A DNA stretch of 64,000 nucleotides from Rhynchopus sp. YZ270_cl-10 (lineage: Eukaryota): assembly GCA_964035575.1 (NCBI GenBank), contig OZ037836.1, forward strand, positions 372,001 to 436,000, given 5' to 3'. The position numbers and the translations under genes are program-made. This document shows, piece after piece, positions 25,236 to 35,619 of this stretch. The notes below the pieces were generated by a model, which saw nothing but the letters and a program-made list of their open reading frames with translations, searched no databases and was not told the origin of the DNA. Positions within the stretch are counted from its first letter, which is position 1. Each line of letters begins with the position of its first letter.

Positions 25236-25285
25236 CCTCCCTCCTTCCCTCCTTTCTATTCACTGTTTTTAGGATGACGTCTTTT

Positions 25286-26812
25286 TCAACACATGAAGCT
25301 AGCTTGGGTGTCGCAGTTTATGCCACGCCGAACCCCTGGGTCGAAACAGAACGGTGCGTCGAGGCTGAGGACGGGGCGTGCACAAGGCACCGCATCGCGC
25401 ACTGCGGACAGCATATACGCAGTGCGGAAGACGCTAGAGGTGAACTTCCCTACAAATGCGTGCGCCTGCGAGAGGACGTGAAGCTCTGCAAGGAAGCGCT
25501 GCCCCACCTGCGGTGCGTCCATGCCCACAGCACGCTCGATCACACACTTTGTCCCATTCGCGTCGCGAAACACATGCGCAGGGAACGGAGACGTCACGAC
25601 CGGGACCTCGACACCAAGACGCAGCAACGCAGTTCCGCCATCCACACGGATCGCTTCGTCGTCCGTCACGATGAACACTGTGCGAAAGCGATACCGTGAC
25701 ATCATCTCCTTTATGTACGGCACATAGGCCTCGAGGGGGCTGCAGCTGCGCACAGCACCGCTGTCGTCCCACCCTGCGGAGTCTGAACAGCTGTCACCCC
25801 GCCTGATCTGCACTGCGAGGAAGGGCGCACGCTCTGGTGTGTCCAGCCTGGTGTGCGCAAGCAACGCTGCCACTTCCCTCTCAACCGCAGCATGCTGTGG
25901 TGTCATCAACGTCGAGAGCGCTTCTGCTGCAAGCCAGAACGGTGCAGGGGTAGCCAGGTCCGCACGTTGTGCCACCTTCGCATGCGCTTCGGCCAGCGTT
26001 ACAGCATAAGACCTGCGTTTGCACCGCTTGCGTGCCCCCATGGTCGTGCACTTCCGTCTCCAGACCTGCATAGGTAGGGGTCCAGCGCTCTCTGTGCAGT
26101 CCTGGTGCACAGAGGGGATAGTATCGTGGTGGAAGTATGTCGACAGTGTGGCACCACGCCCAGACCATATGCCACGGAGCTCCTGCAGTGCGTACGATGT
26201 GTTGGCAGAGAGTGCCACTGCAGATGCCTTGACGATGCCTGCCAGCAGCGCGCCGAAGCCGTACTCTGGCACCCCAGCGCAGTGTGCTGTGTGGAGGGCG
26301 TGGGGTGTGCGTAGCGTGCGTAGAGCGGCTCGAAGTGTGGAACCGTTGTACGACGTGCTTGAACGTTGCAGTGCGTCTGCCGGCGGAAGCAAATGCCTGA
26401 GTGTGTCGAAGTTGAGTGCCTCCGTGCCTGGCTTGGGTGCGTAGCAGAAAGAGTCTGGTGAAACCTCCACTGCGCTCTGTGGGGAGGGTGCGTGCAGAGT
26501 AATGGTGCACAGCGGGTGTGAGGTGTTGGGAAGGGTGCTCTCTGTGTAGGTGGTGCTAGTGTTGTCAGTCGTGTTGGTGCTATTCATGGCGTCGGTGGTG
26601 TTGGTCTGTGTCTGTATCTTGGTGTGCACTTCGGTGATGCTGTTGTCGGTGGTTGTGTCCATGTGTGCGTCCGTGTTGTGCGCCGTTGTGGTGCTCGTGT
26701 CGGAGGTGGAGGGCATTGTGGGGGTGGTGCGAGTAGTGGTCCTCGTGGTGGCAAGCAGCCTGCACAGCCCTGCCAGAGTCATCAGGCATATGACGAAGGT
26801 GCAGGGCTTCAT
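25286..26812 (-). CDS. Putative GT23 (FUT8/NodZ-like) fucosyltransferase, type II membrane protein with Thr-rich stem
   Basis: N-terminal hydrophobic anchor; three GDP-fucose motifs in order: AVQIRRGD, VFIVTDD, AELHVLSQAHAFVGKFTSSVFRTAY. Confidence 0.75.
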   Translation of the reverse strand: MKPCTFVICLMTLAGLCRLLATTRTTTRTTPTMPSTSDTSTTTAHNTDAHMDTTTDNSITEVHTKIQTQTNTTDAMNSTNTTDNTSTTYTESTLPNTSHPLCTITLHAPSPQSAVEVSPDSFCYAPKPGTEALNFDTLRHLLPPADALQRSSTSYNGSTLRAALRTLRTPHALHTAHCAGVPEYGFGALLAGIVKASAVALSANTSYALQELRGIWSGRGATLSTYFHHDTIPSVHQDCTESAGPLPMQVWRRKCTTMGARKRCKRRSYAVTLAEAHAKVAQRADLATPAPFWLAAEALSTLMTPQHAAVEREVAALLAHTRLDTPERAPFLAVQIRRGDSCSDSAGWDDSGAVRSCSPLEAYVPYIKEMMSRYRFRTVFIVTDDEAIRVDGGTALLRLGVEVPVVTSPFPAHVFRDANGTKCVIERAVGMDAPQVGQRFLAELHVLSQAHAFVGKFTSSVFRTAYMLSAVRDAVPCARPVLSLDAPFCFDPGVRRGINCDTQASFMC

Positions 26813-27249
26813 TGGAGTGAAGCATGCATGTGGCGTGTTGTGGAAAATAAGGTTTTTATTTTTTTGTGTAACTCTCTGTGCAATAATGCACAGAGGGGAG
26901 AGGTCTGTGGAAAAAATGGAGATGGATAAAATTAGCTATTTTTTATCGACCAGAAAAGTCGTTTTCTTGATGAGTGTTTTCTGAGTGTGCACGAGTGCAC
27001 ACTCAGAAATCACGAATTCAAAAAAAAAAAAAGAGAAAACGACTTTTCTGAGGTGAAAACGCAGTTTTGTTGAAATTTTTCAACTTTGAGACACTTTTTG
27101 CACACAGAATTTTCATGTGTTGCCACAGAGCTGTTGAGGGACGACTCCGGTTCTGGACGACCCACACCGGGTGAGGGTGAACACGCAGCAGTAAGAGCTG
27201 CTGAGGGACTACGTCAACGAACTCGCTCACCCGTGCGGACCTCGACAGC

Positions 27250-27537
27250 TTAGTGAAGAAGGGCATCCTGCACGTGTCGGTGGGCAGGCCGTACCTCACC
27301 CTCCCCACCTTCAAGATTGGTAAGAAGAACGGTCTGGCGCGCCTTCTGGTCGATGGGAGGGAGTTTGACAAGAGGTCAAAGCCAGTGCTCCCTCCGCTCA
27401 CCCCACAGCTCTCCGACCTCGAGCGTTTCGTGCTCCAGCACAAGTTCTGCTGTGTAGACTTTCTGGCATATTTCTTCCAGATCCCTGTCGGACCCGCTAT
27501 GCAAACCAAGCTGGGGATAAGGACCAGAGAGGAATAA
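27250..27537 (+). mobile_element. Reverse transcriptase fragment of LTR/DIRS-class (VIPER/TATE-like) retroelement
   Basis: FKIGKKNGLARLLVD ... CVDFLAYFFQIPV ... QTKLG resemble RT motifs 1-3 (PKKxGxxRxxxD; DxxxAYxQIP); truncated before YxDD. Confidence 0.6.
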
Positions 27538-28392
27538 GGGGGTCGAGAACGGCGTGGACCGTAAGCTGACGAACGAGTCGTGGCGAGACAATTCGACGGA
27601 CAGGTACGTGGCAGGTACCTCGGCTCGAGACTACGGTGGTGTCGTCGCTGTGCAGGTACTGCAAGTGTCAGGCATGGCGAAGTGTTAGTGAATGTCGAGG
27701 GGGGGTGATCTGGGGGACCACCAGTGGCCAAAGAGAGATAAAGTAGATCTTTTGTTTAGTAGGTGCACACTGTCATATGAAGGCAAAAAGAAAGAAAAGT
27801 TTATAAGATGACCCTAAGCCTCTCGTGCTTATGTCACGTTATCTTCTTTTTCCCGAAGTACAGAAACGAGGTGAGTGCACAATACAGCAGGGGGAGGGGA
27901 ATATACAAAAAAGCCTCAGACGTTTGAATCATTTACCACCACAACGTATTTTTGTTCTAACAAAAGAACAACAGCTGATCCGTAGCCTCTCTGTGCACTT
28001 TAGCCACTTTTTCATCACAATCGTTATAGCACAACAAGAATTTCACAAACCACCTACAAAAAAAGCTCTTGTAATTCCCATGGCATGCCCTTGGGCACAT
28101 AACCAGAAAACGGGTGGGAAGCTTACAATGCCCGATTGATCCACTGCACAAATAGGTCCAAAAGGGTGCGCAAAAAAAAGGGAAGAAAGAATGCCACTTC
28201 TGTGTGAAAGAAAACAAGAGTTGCCCAATTGTAATATTTGACCACAAGGCAAACGAATAATGAACACAGAACAACATAACTAATCCCCCAGACCTGACAT
28301 CGGTGCCATACACATGGAAGACAGGTTTTTACCTTGCGCGGGTAATACACCCCACTAAAGCGATCGTAAAAGCTACCCTGAAACCCTTCCCC

Positions 28393-29235
28393 CTAGCCCT
28401 TTTGTGTGTTCGCTTTTCTGCTTACATCCAGTCGTAACGTCTCTGGTACGAACCACGCAAGCGTTTTTTCTGTACGCACCCACGAAGGCCTCCGCCGTGT
28501 ATAACGTGCCCTGCCGAATTCATACGGCCTTACACACCCCCTTGGCAGTGTAAATGCAAACGTCGCAATTTTATTCATTACCGCACGCGCCGCAAGCACA
28601 ACCTTCACCTCAGTGGCGCGCACACTGACGACATGCTCCCCAGCACCAAACACACCGTCCACATGCGTCTTCAGATGCGAAACACAGTCTTTACCACCAA
28701 ACACCAAGCACCCCCCTGCCCACTCTGTAAACCGCACGCGAAGCGCGACCCCCCCTGCCGCCAGGTCCTCTCTGCTTGCGTTCCGACCCTCGGGAGATTC
28801 AAGGTCGACCCCTAGCCAGGGGTGTGTACCGATCGATTCCATCACAAACTGCACGCAAGCTTCGGTTGGATGAATGCGTTGTTTTGGGTCCAACGCGGCG
28901 AGACCATCCTGCAGTGCGCTATGTGCCGTAGTGTCTACATCCTGCAGGGGCGGAGGACGTTGCACAGTGTTAGCGATGGAGGCAAGAGAGTCTTGAAGCG
29001 ACGCTATGACGGACGCATCCTTTTGCTCGTCTGTGGCTGTTGAGGCAACGAAGGCAGCAATCCCTGCAGCCACGTCGTCGTGCGTACGGCGGACCTCCTG
29101 AAGTAGGGTGCTGATGGTGTGTGTGTCAGAAGGTGTGCTGTGTGCGCGTGCTCGTAGCGTGCCCAGGGCAACCAATGTAACAGAAACAGCAAACACCACT
29201 GTAACAGCAACAGCTACGACGATGTGCTGTCGCAT
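28393..29235 (-). CDS. Hypothetical protein with N-terminal membrane anchor and short coiled stem (280 aa)
   Basis: ATG-initiated, GC-rich ORF on the coding strand; hydrophobic IVVAVAVTVVFAVSVTLVALG; CA-rich leader like neighbouring genes. Confidence 0.6.
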   Translation of the reverse strand: MRQHIVVAVAVTVVFAVSVTLVALGTLRARAHSTPSDTHTISTLLQEVRRTHDDVAAGIAAFVASTATDEQKDASVIASLQDSLASIANTVQRPPPLQDVDTTAHSALQDGLAALDPKQRIHPTEACVQFVMESIGTHPWLGVDLESPEGRNASREDLAAGGVALRVRFTEWAGGCLVFGGKDCVSHLKTHVDGVFGAGEHVVSVRATEVKVVLAARAVMNKIATFAFTLPRGCVRPYEFGRARYTRRRPSWVRTEKTLAWFVPETLRLDVSRKANTQKG

Positions 29236-29342
29236 GTTTTTGTGTTGTGTGTAGGGCTTTTCGCTAGGATTTGGTAAAAAAGACCTAGCGGCAACCCTGG
29301 TTTTGTGTCACGCCTGTAAAAGAGGGTTCAAAAGATAGGTAG

Positions 29343-30295
29343 AAAATCTTAATGTACACACTTTGTTGATTCTAAAAACGGGGTGGGGAAAAAATCGCGA
29401 ATAGAAAAAATGGGTGAGATATTGAAAAGTTGGACGCTTCCTCACCCAGATCACATTTTTTTTTTTGAAAAAATATAAAAGATCCTCTCGAAATAGTTCG
29501 AGATTGAACTGAGAGAAAAATAAGAAGAAAAACCCCAAACCCTCCCAGACCAAACGGTCTAACCTGTTGTATTGACATAGTGTGGGGGAGAAGTGAGGAG
29601 CACGAGAATCGTCTTCGCGTATACTAAAAGATTTCCTAAGATATGTCACAAGTGTCATGTCCCCGAAAAAAAATTTAACCGGGAGTCCAATGAAAATCAC
29701 GTTTTGGTAGAAAAGTTCGAGAAAGTAGGTTTTACTATTTCATTCAAAACTTCACACATAACGCTTTTGGTTTTTTTGGGAGACACAACCCCGTTATTTT
29801 TTTTGCTATGATAAGGTTGTGGAAAAAGGGTCCTTATTTGCATTTTTGGGGTCCGCCCGTGCAGTGGGGGGTCGATGTTAAAAATTTTCAGAAAAGTGCC
29901 GGACATATACACATCAAAATGGGTCCGGACATATACACGGGAGGGTCGGTACAAAATCTTAATGTACACACTTTGTTGATTCTAAAAACGGGGTGGGGGA
30001 AAAATCGCGAATAGAAAAAATGGGTGAGATATTGAAAAGTTGGAACGCTTCCTCACCCAGATCACACCTTTGCGGGGGTTTTTTTTTTGAAAAAATATAA
30101 AAGATCCTCTCGAAATTGTTCAAGATTGAACTGAGAGAAAATAAGAAGAAAAACCCCAAACCCTCCCAGACCAAACGGTCTAACCTGTTGTATTGACATA
30201 GTGTGGGGGAGAAGTGAGGAGCACAAGAATCGTCTTCGCGTATACTAAAAGATTTCCTAAGATATATCACAAGTGTCATGTCCCCGAAAAAAAAA
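29343..30295. repeat. ~330-bp direct duplication (29343-29672 and 29953-30295) of an intergenic module also seen at ~52345-52510 and, in part, upstream of copies 1, 2 and 4
   Basis: Shared aaaatcttaatgtacacac...gattgaactgagag...aaaccccaaaccctcccagaccaaacggtctaa...gtcatgtccccg. Confidence 0.85.
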
Positions 30296-31683
30296 ACCTC
30301 CACTCTCATTTTGTAAAGCTGGCTGTGTCTGGTTTGTTTTCGTGATGTGGTCTTTCAATGCTTGAAAGGGTAATGGCTGACGACACTGAGGACCTCCTTG
30401 GCCCAGAGCTGTCACGAAGTCAAGCACGGCCTGGCTGTACACTGGCGGCCTGAACACAGGTCCGCTTCTAATCTAGGCAGACGTTATCCCCATCCTCCTG
30501 TCCCTCAACCCCTTTCCCTGCTTTATGCCTCCTATGTTGTTGTGTCTTTCTTTGTTTTGTAAAGTTTGTGCAGACGAGTAGAGTAGGCAGTACCTACCAT
30601 CACCATCCCAACCTCCCTTCTTACCCTTCTTCCCGTCCTTCCCGTTATCCCCTTCCACCAGCACATCACGTCGTCATTGTGCATGTCTCTGTCATTTGCG
30701 GGCTTGATCGGGGGATTCGTCTCTGCTGCGTTTCGGACGTGCTTCAACCACAAGATGCCTCAGCTCCTCGCTATTCCTCACTTCGTTGGACACAACACTG
30801 CTGCAGCCGGAGAGGTAAATACTCGCCAACGAAGTGCAGCTGTTAGCAAAACCCGAACCTGGGGTTTCTACGTGCTCTACCTTGTTGAGTGGCGAGAGAT
30901 CCAGGGTGGTTAAAGTCTTGCAGCCGTGAAGAAAGTATCTGCCAATCTGCGTAACGTTCTTGAGTGGTGTCAGATCCAGGGTGGTTAAAGAGCAGCAGCC
31001 GTGAAGAAAGAAACTCTCAATCTCCGTAACGTTGTTGAGTGGCGAGAGATCCAGGGTGGTTAAAGAGTTGCAGCCGTGAAGAAAGCAATGGTCAATCCTC
31101 GTAACGTTCTTGAGTGGTGTCAGATCCAGGGTGGTTAAAGTCTTGCAGCCGTGAAGAAAGGATCTGCCAATCTCCGTAACGTTCTTGAGTGGTGTCAGAT
31201 CCAGGGTGGTTAAAGAGTTGCAGTCGGAAAGAAAGCAACTGTCAATCCTCGTAACGTTCTTGAGTGGTGTCAGATCCAGGGTGGTTAAAGTCTTGCAGCC
31301 GTGAAGAAAGAATCTGCCAATCTCCGTAACGTTGTTGAGTGGCGAGAGATCCAGGGTGGTTAAAGAGTTGCAGCCGTAAAGGAAAGTGACTGCCAATCAC
31401 CGTCACATTGCTCAACCCAGAGAGGTCAATACTTGTCAACGAGGTGCACTCCTTGAGGAACCCGTCTCCAATCTGTGTCACAATGGACACAGCACTGAGA
31501 TCAAGGCGCATTAACGATCCCTCCATCAAGAACCCATCAGGAACGACAGTCGTAACCTCCGCCTGCAGAAGCAAACACGCCACCTCAGGATCCTGCACCT
31601 CCTTCAACCTCTCTGGAGTCAGGTCTGTCTCACCCAACGCATGAAGTGCTGCTATGGCTTCGTACTTCAGCGTTTTTGTGAGG

Positions 31684-34220
31684 TGGGGGCCCGTTTTCGA
31701 TGCATGCACCCCTATCCGAGATAGGTGATACAATACATCGTGGGGGTGATATTACATAAGTCCATCACCGCCCCTGCTGTGCCCATCCTTCTGCTTCGTC
31801 TGCTTCTTCTTGAAGAAGCCTCCCAGCGTCGTCTGTCGCCCCTTCGAGGTGTCGTGGTGGCGGCGGCAGCAGTGCTCCAGCGTACTCTTCTCTTGCACAC
31901 AGTTCCCGCACCTCGAGAGTCTATGCTTAGTGCATGCTTCGTGTCGGATCGGTAACCCGTCGTCGTTGGAGTGGTGCGCAAAGCAGCAATGCATCAGGTC
32001 TGCCTGGGCGTTCTTCGAGCAGGCATCACACTTCGTCTTCCGGTGCAGCACACATATCGCAAACTGGAAGATCGGAACCGCTACTTCAGGTGCCTTCACG
32101 GGTGCATCCCCTGGACGCACGTGCTCATGGTGCCGGTAGCGAGCATGCGCAGATGTCTCCTGTTCAGCCCGCTGGATGAATGGTAGTGCCCTCCTGCCTC
32201 TAACTTCTGTGGAGGGGTACGCCGTCTCAGCAGAATACTCCCCCATCCATGTACCTCTCGCTCTATCGCCACCACGGAGCTCCACCTCAGACATGCCTTC
32301 GGAGCTGCGTTGCAGACGGTACGCCACACCAGCATCGTATAGCGCACGCAATGCCTTCAACGTTTCTTCTCCGCCGGCAAAGATAGGACGGCGGTCGATG
32401 CCTGTGATGGCGTTCGCCCCAAACGAAGCGAGAACATGCGTTACCTTCACCTTCCCCGGATGGAGAGAGCTCTCCGAAAAGGTTCTGAGTGAAGCCAACA
32501 TATGCCCAAAGGTGGTCGTCTTCGCCATTTCTCTGTGGGCCAGCGCTACTGGCACCACGTCGTCATCATCGTCGTCTTCCCCACTCCCGTCGTCTTCCCC
32601 CCCATTGTTGTCTTCTTCCCCAGTCCCGGCCCTCGGCTGCTTCAGCTTCGGCGCTATTCTGCCGGTCTTGTCCCCAGGTCGGATGTCCATCCCTGTGGCA
32701 ACCTCGAAGTCGATGAGCAGCTCCATGTGGGAGACTTCACGTCCAGCTTCGTCGCTCCATTGTAAACCACCCAGCCAGGAGGCAAACGCCAGCAGCAGAG
32801 CACGTCCATACGGCCACCTCCTTTTCAGGGGGGTGTAGTCCACCAAACTGTTCGCGTGTTGCGTCGTCGTGTCCAACTCCGGTGCCCACGTCCACGGGTA
32901 TCGGTCTTCTTGCAGTCGCGGGTTCGCCGCTTCCGGTCTGCTCCACTTGGAGCGTGCGATGAGGATGCGCACCATCATCTTCTGCAGGTCTGCAACACGG
33001 GCGCATTCCAAAGGTGTGTCCGGTGTGCACATGCCGCAGATAGCGAGACAGTTTGGCCAGGTCGTTCTGTCAATGTCCAACAGCAAGGGGTACTCCGCAC
33101 GAATGCTACTCCATGCTTCACATTCCCACCACAAGTGTTTGTGATTTTCGTCCACCCCCGCTTCGCAGTGAACGCAGATGGCCGAGTCCCGTATGCGCGC
33201 TCTCGCAAGTCGCACCCCCGTTATCGCACCGTCAGCTACAATGTGTCGCAGCGTCCCCGCCTCGTAATCCGTCAAACTTTTGCTTCGGGTGAGAGCAAGG
33301 GTTTTCTCCTTATCCACCCCCGCTTCAATACCCTTCAGGTTAGCTCTGCCTTTGCCATTGACCTTCGCAGTCGTCTTCGTACGGGAGAGTCGAATGAAGA
33401 ACATCCGTTCTCGCACAAAGTGGCCCAGTCTACCCAAGCTTACCGTCTTCACATCAACGATGCTCCCATCGTGCGTTTTCACCTTTGTCGTGTCTATCCA
33501 CGACCACGCAAGGCGGCTGAGGGCTCGCGCAATCAACCCGATGGGTCCTCCAGTCTTCGCCTGCTTCGCTTTCGCACGTAACCTGCACTTTTCGACCAGC
33601 GAACAGATCTCATCCGATTTGCGTATCATCGCCGCCCACGTCATGATCCTTCTGTAGTCGAATGCCACCGAGGGGTCGAGCAGATGGCCTTTCTCGAAGA
33701 CATTCAGCATGACCGGTACGCTTCGCCGATTCATCTTGTTCACGCCGTGGACCCCTTTCTCCACTGCAGTTGCAAGACTGTTCACGTATTTCCCAGGTGG
33801 GTCCTGCACCGTGATACCGTACACAGATTTCGACATCACTGCAGCTTGCATGATGCCTGCTTTCTCACCTTGAGTCAGCGGGAGGCATCCCACCTTACCT
33901 GCTAGCGGTCCGCATGCGTCGATGGTGCCTTCCAGTTTCGTCGGGAGCGTGGGCGTCCCAGCCTGTCGTGCCTGCACCGTCGCCCCCAGGCACTCCGACT
34001 TCTCGACGCGAGTAAGATCCGCGCCGTTCATCTGCACAGTTTCCTCTTCATCAGGACGGTTGCTCTGCCACGTGCTCTTCCCCGCGTGGACGCGTTGTCC
34101 CGTCAAGTCTGCAAAGTGTCCGGTGAAGGCGACACCCGCTCGCAGCTGGTCGAGGGTCTTCGTCAGGAGGTTGGTGTCGTCAGCGTACGCCAGCCCCTGC
34201 GTGCCCGTTTCCTTCTCCAC
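31684..34220 (-). mobile_element. 5'-truncated non-LTR retrotransposon (RT C-terminal half, CCHC zinc knuckle, Cys/His-rich C-terminus)
   Basis: 19-bp TSD cttcagcgtttttgtgagg at 31665-31683 and 34221-34239; AYADD, GQRVHAGKS, CLG RT motifs; CVHC..E...HLWWEC zf-RVT-like motif; uninterrupted frame to 31752; no poly(A) tail. Confidence 0.9.
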
Positions 34221-34436
34221 CTTCAGCGTTTTTGTGAGGATGATTGTGTCACCAGCACTCAGCTGCGTCATGTCCGCTCCTTCCCCCAGCGCTTCGTCTC
34301 CGAAACTCATGCAAAAACTGTCTTCAGGCAACCCCATTGCAGACGCCATCTTCCGCCGCAAGCCCTCCACTGTGCCATCTGCACCCACCTCGACTGTGTG
34401 CTGATTTGCTTTGAAATCCTCGAAGTGCACGTCCAT
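31752..34436 (-). CDS. Chimeric ORF: host UBL domain fused in frame to truncated retrotransposon protein (894 aa)
   Basis: MDVHF...SAGDTIILTKTLK|VEKETGTQGLAYADD...; open frame seen directly, expression unknown. Confidence 0.5.
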   Translation of the reverse strand: MDVHFEDFKANQHTVEVGADGTVEGLRRKMASAMGLPEDSFCMSFGDEALGEGADMTQLSAGDTIILTKTLKVEKETGTQGLAYADDTNLLTKTLDQLRAGVAFTGHFADLTGQRVHAGKSTWQSNRPDEEETVQMNGADLTRVEKSECLGATVQARQAGTPTLPTKLEGTIDACGPLAGKVGCLPLTQGEKAGIMQAAVMSKSVYGITVQDPPGKYVNSLATAVEKGVHGVNKMNRRSVPVMLNVFEKGHLLDPSVAFDYRRIMTWAAMIRKSDEICSLVEKCRLRAKAKQAKTGGPIGLIARALSRLAWSWIDTTKVKTHDGSIVDVKTVSLGRLGHFVRERMFFIRLSRTKTTAKVNGKGRANLKGIEAGVDKEKTLALTRSKSLTDYEAGTLRHIVADGAITGVRLARARIRDSAICVHCEAGVDENHKHLWWECEAWSSIRAEYPLLLDIDRTTWPNCLAICGMCTPDTPLECARVADLQKMMVRILIARSKWSRPEAANPRLQEDRYPWTWAPELDTTTQHANSLVDYTPLKRRWPYGRALLLAFASWLGGLQWSDEAGREVSHMELLIDFEVATGMDIRPGDKTGRIAPKLKQPRAGTGEEDNNGGEDDGSGEDDDDDDVVPVALAHREMAKTTTFGHMLASLRTFSESSLHPGKVKVTHVLASFGANAITGIDRRPIFAGGEETLKALRALYDAGVAYRLQRSSEGMSEVELRGGDRARGTWMGEYSAETAYPSTEVRGRRALPFIQRAEQETSAHARYRHHEHVRPGDAPVKAPEVAVPIFQFAICVLHRKTKCDACSKNAQADLMHCCFAHHSNDDGLPIRHEACTKHRLSRCGNCVQEKSTLEHCCRRHHDTSKGRQTTLGGFFKKKQTKQKDGHSRGGDGLM

Positions 34437-35619
34437 TTGTTTGTTGTGGTTTTGTAATCACTAGTCTGTGTATGGTGGTGGTGGGGTGGAGGACAAGACA
34501 AGAAATACCCCGTTTTACAGGGTTCACTCGAAAATGTCGTTATTTCTGCAGTTCCTCCGTTCGCACCGCGGGTCTGGCTGGGGTCCTCTTCCCCGTGGGT
34601 GAGGCTATGTGGAGCTAATCCCTGCGCCGCTGATCTGCGAGAACGAAATGAACATTGCTGCAAGGACTGTGCTGTGTATGCACACCAATGCGAGGTTTGC
34701 ATCTGATATGCCCTCCACCCTCTGCACCCTCTGCACCACCAAGGCAGGAAGCAAGGAAGAGGAGAAATGGATATGATCGTCAACTAGAGAGACACATCGG
34801 CCTCGTAGTTCCTCATTTCCGCTTTTGGAGTTCACCTCACTCAAAAACAAAAAGCAATAGAGATTGGGATGGTTCCCAAGGGATGGGGGTGCGATTCTTT
34901 TGTTTTGTTTCCTTTTATATTTTTTGATAGCTATTTTCCCCCGCGAGCCAAAATCCCTCTTTCGCGGTGCCTCGATCGGAAATATCACTTTATTTGTTTT
35001 TTTTTTTCCCCTTTTTTTTGAAAAAAATATTCTTGTCTGAATAAACACCCGAGTGGACGTGTTTAGACGCTATTTTTCATGTCAGTTGATATCCCCCATA
35101 TTCGTCACAAAAGGATGACCTGTCTCACCATCCATTGATAAAATCGGTACGTACGTCATAAAATCGTGAAACGGAAAAGTGGCGAGAGAGATTCTAAATA
35201 TTTGAACACTTGACCCCAGGACCACACACACAAAAAGAAGAACTCAACCTCACTTCCGCTACGGTCTCTTGATTTGAAAAAAAAATAAAAATGAAAACTC
35301 ACGCACCATATGGGTTGATTTTGTTCTTTTCCCTGTCGTAGGTGCACAACTGCACGACACTAAGCACATTCGTTCCGGTATGTCGACAATCTTTGTTTCT
35401 ATCCATTTACGTATACAAAGGTACACTCATCACATACATCACTACGTCGTCTCTTGAAGGAAATATTTGCGCATGCAAAAGCCCACAACATGCAGGCATG
35501 ATGCGTCATCATTGAATTGCAATAAAATAAAAAGTAAAAACAAAACCACAACAACAACAACAACAACCAGGGAAGGAAGAAAATAGAATAAACAAAACAA
35601 AACAAAACACACTACGGTT

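Larger units (their letters stand above)
30674..34436 (-). pseudogene. UBL-LRR subfamily B gene (LDLTPLKNV repeats, basic tail, no CaaX), interrupted by a retrotransposon
   Basis: UBL at 34436-34221; resumes at 31683 (LTKTLKYEAIAALHALGETDLT...); frameshift near 31385; CGA>TGA nonsense at 30692, six codons before the homologous stop at 30674. Confidence 0.85.

Noticed and set aside
29343..30295. LTR pair of a mini-retrotransposon
   Set aside because: No TG...CA ends, PBS or TSD found; the unit is a common intergenic module, so local duplication is simpler
31684..34220. Diversity-generating retroelement (RT mutagenising the LRRs)
   Set aside because: The RT is a truncated TSD-flanked LINE, and no template/variable repeat pair with adenine-specific differences is evident
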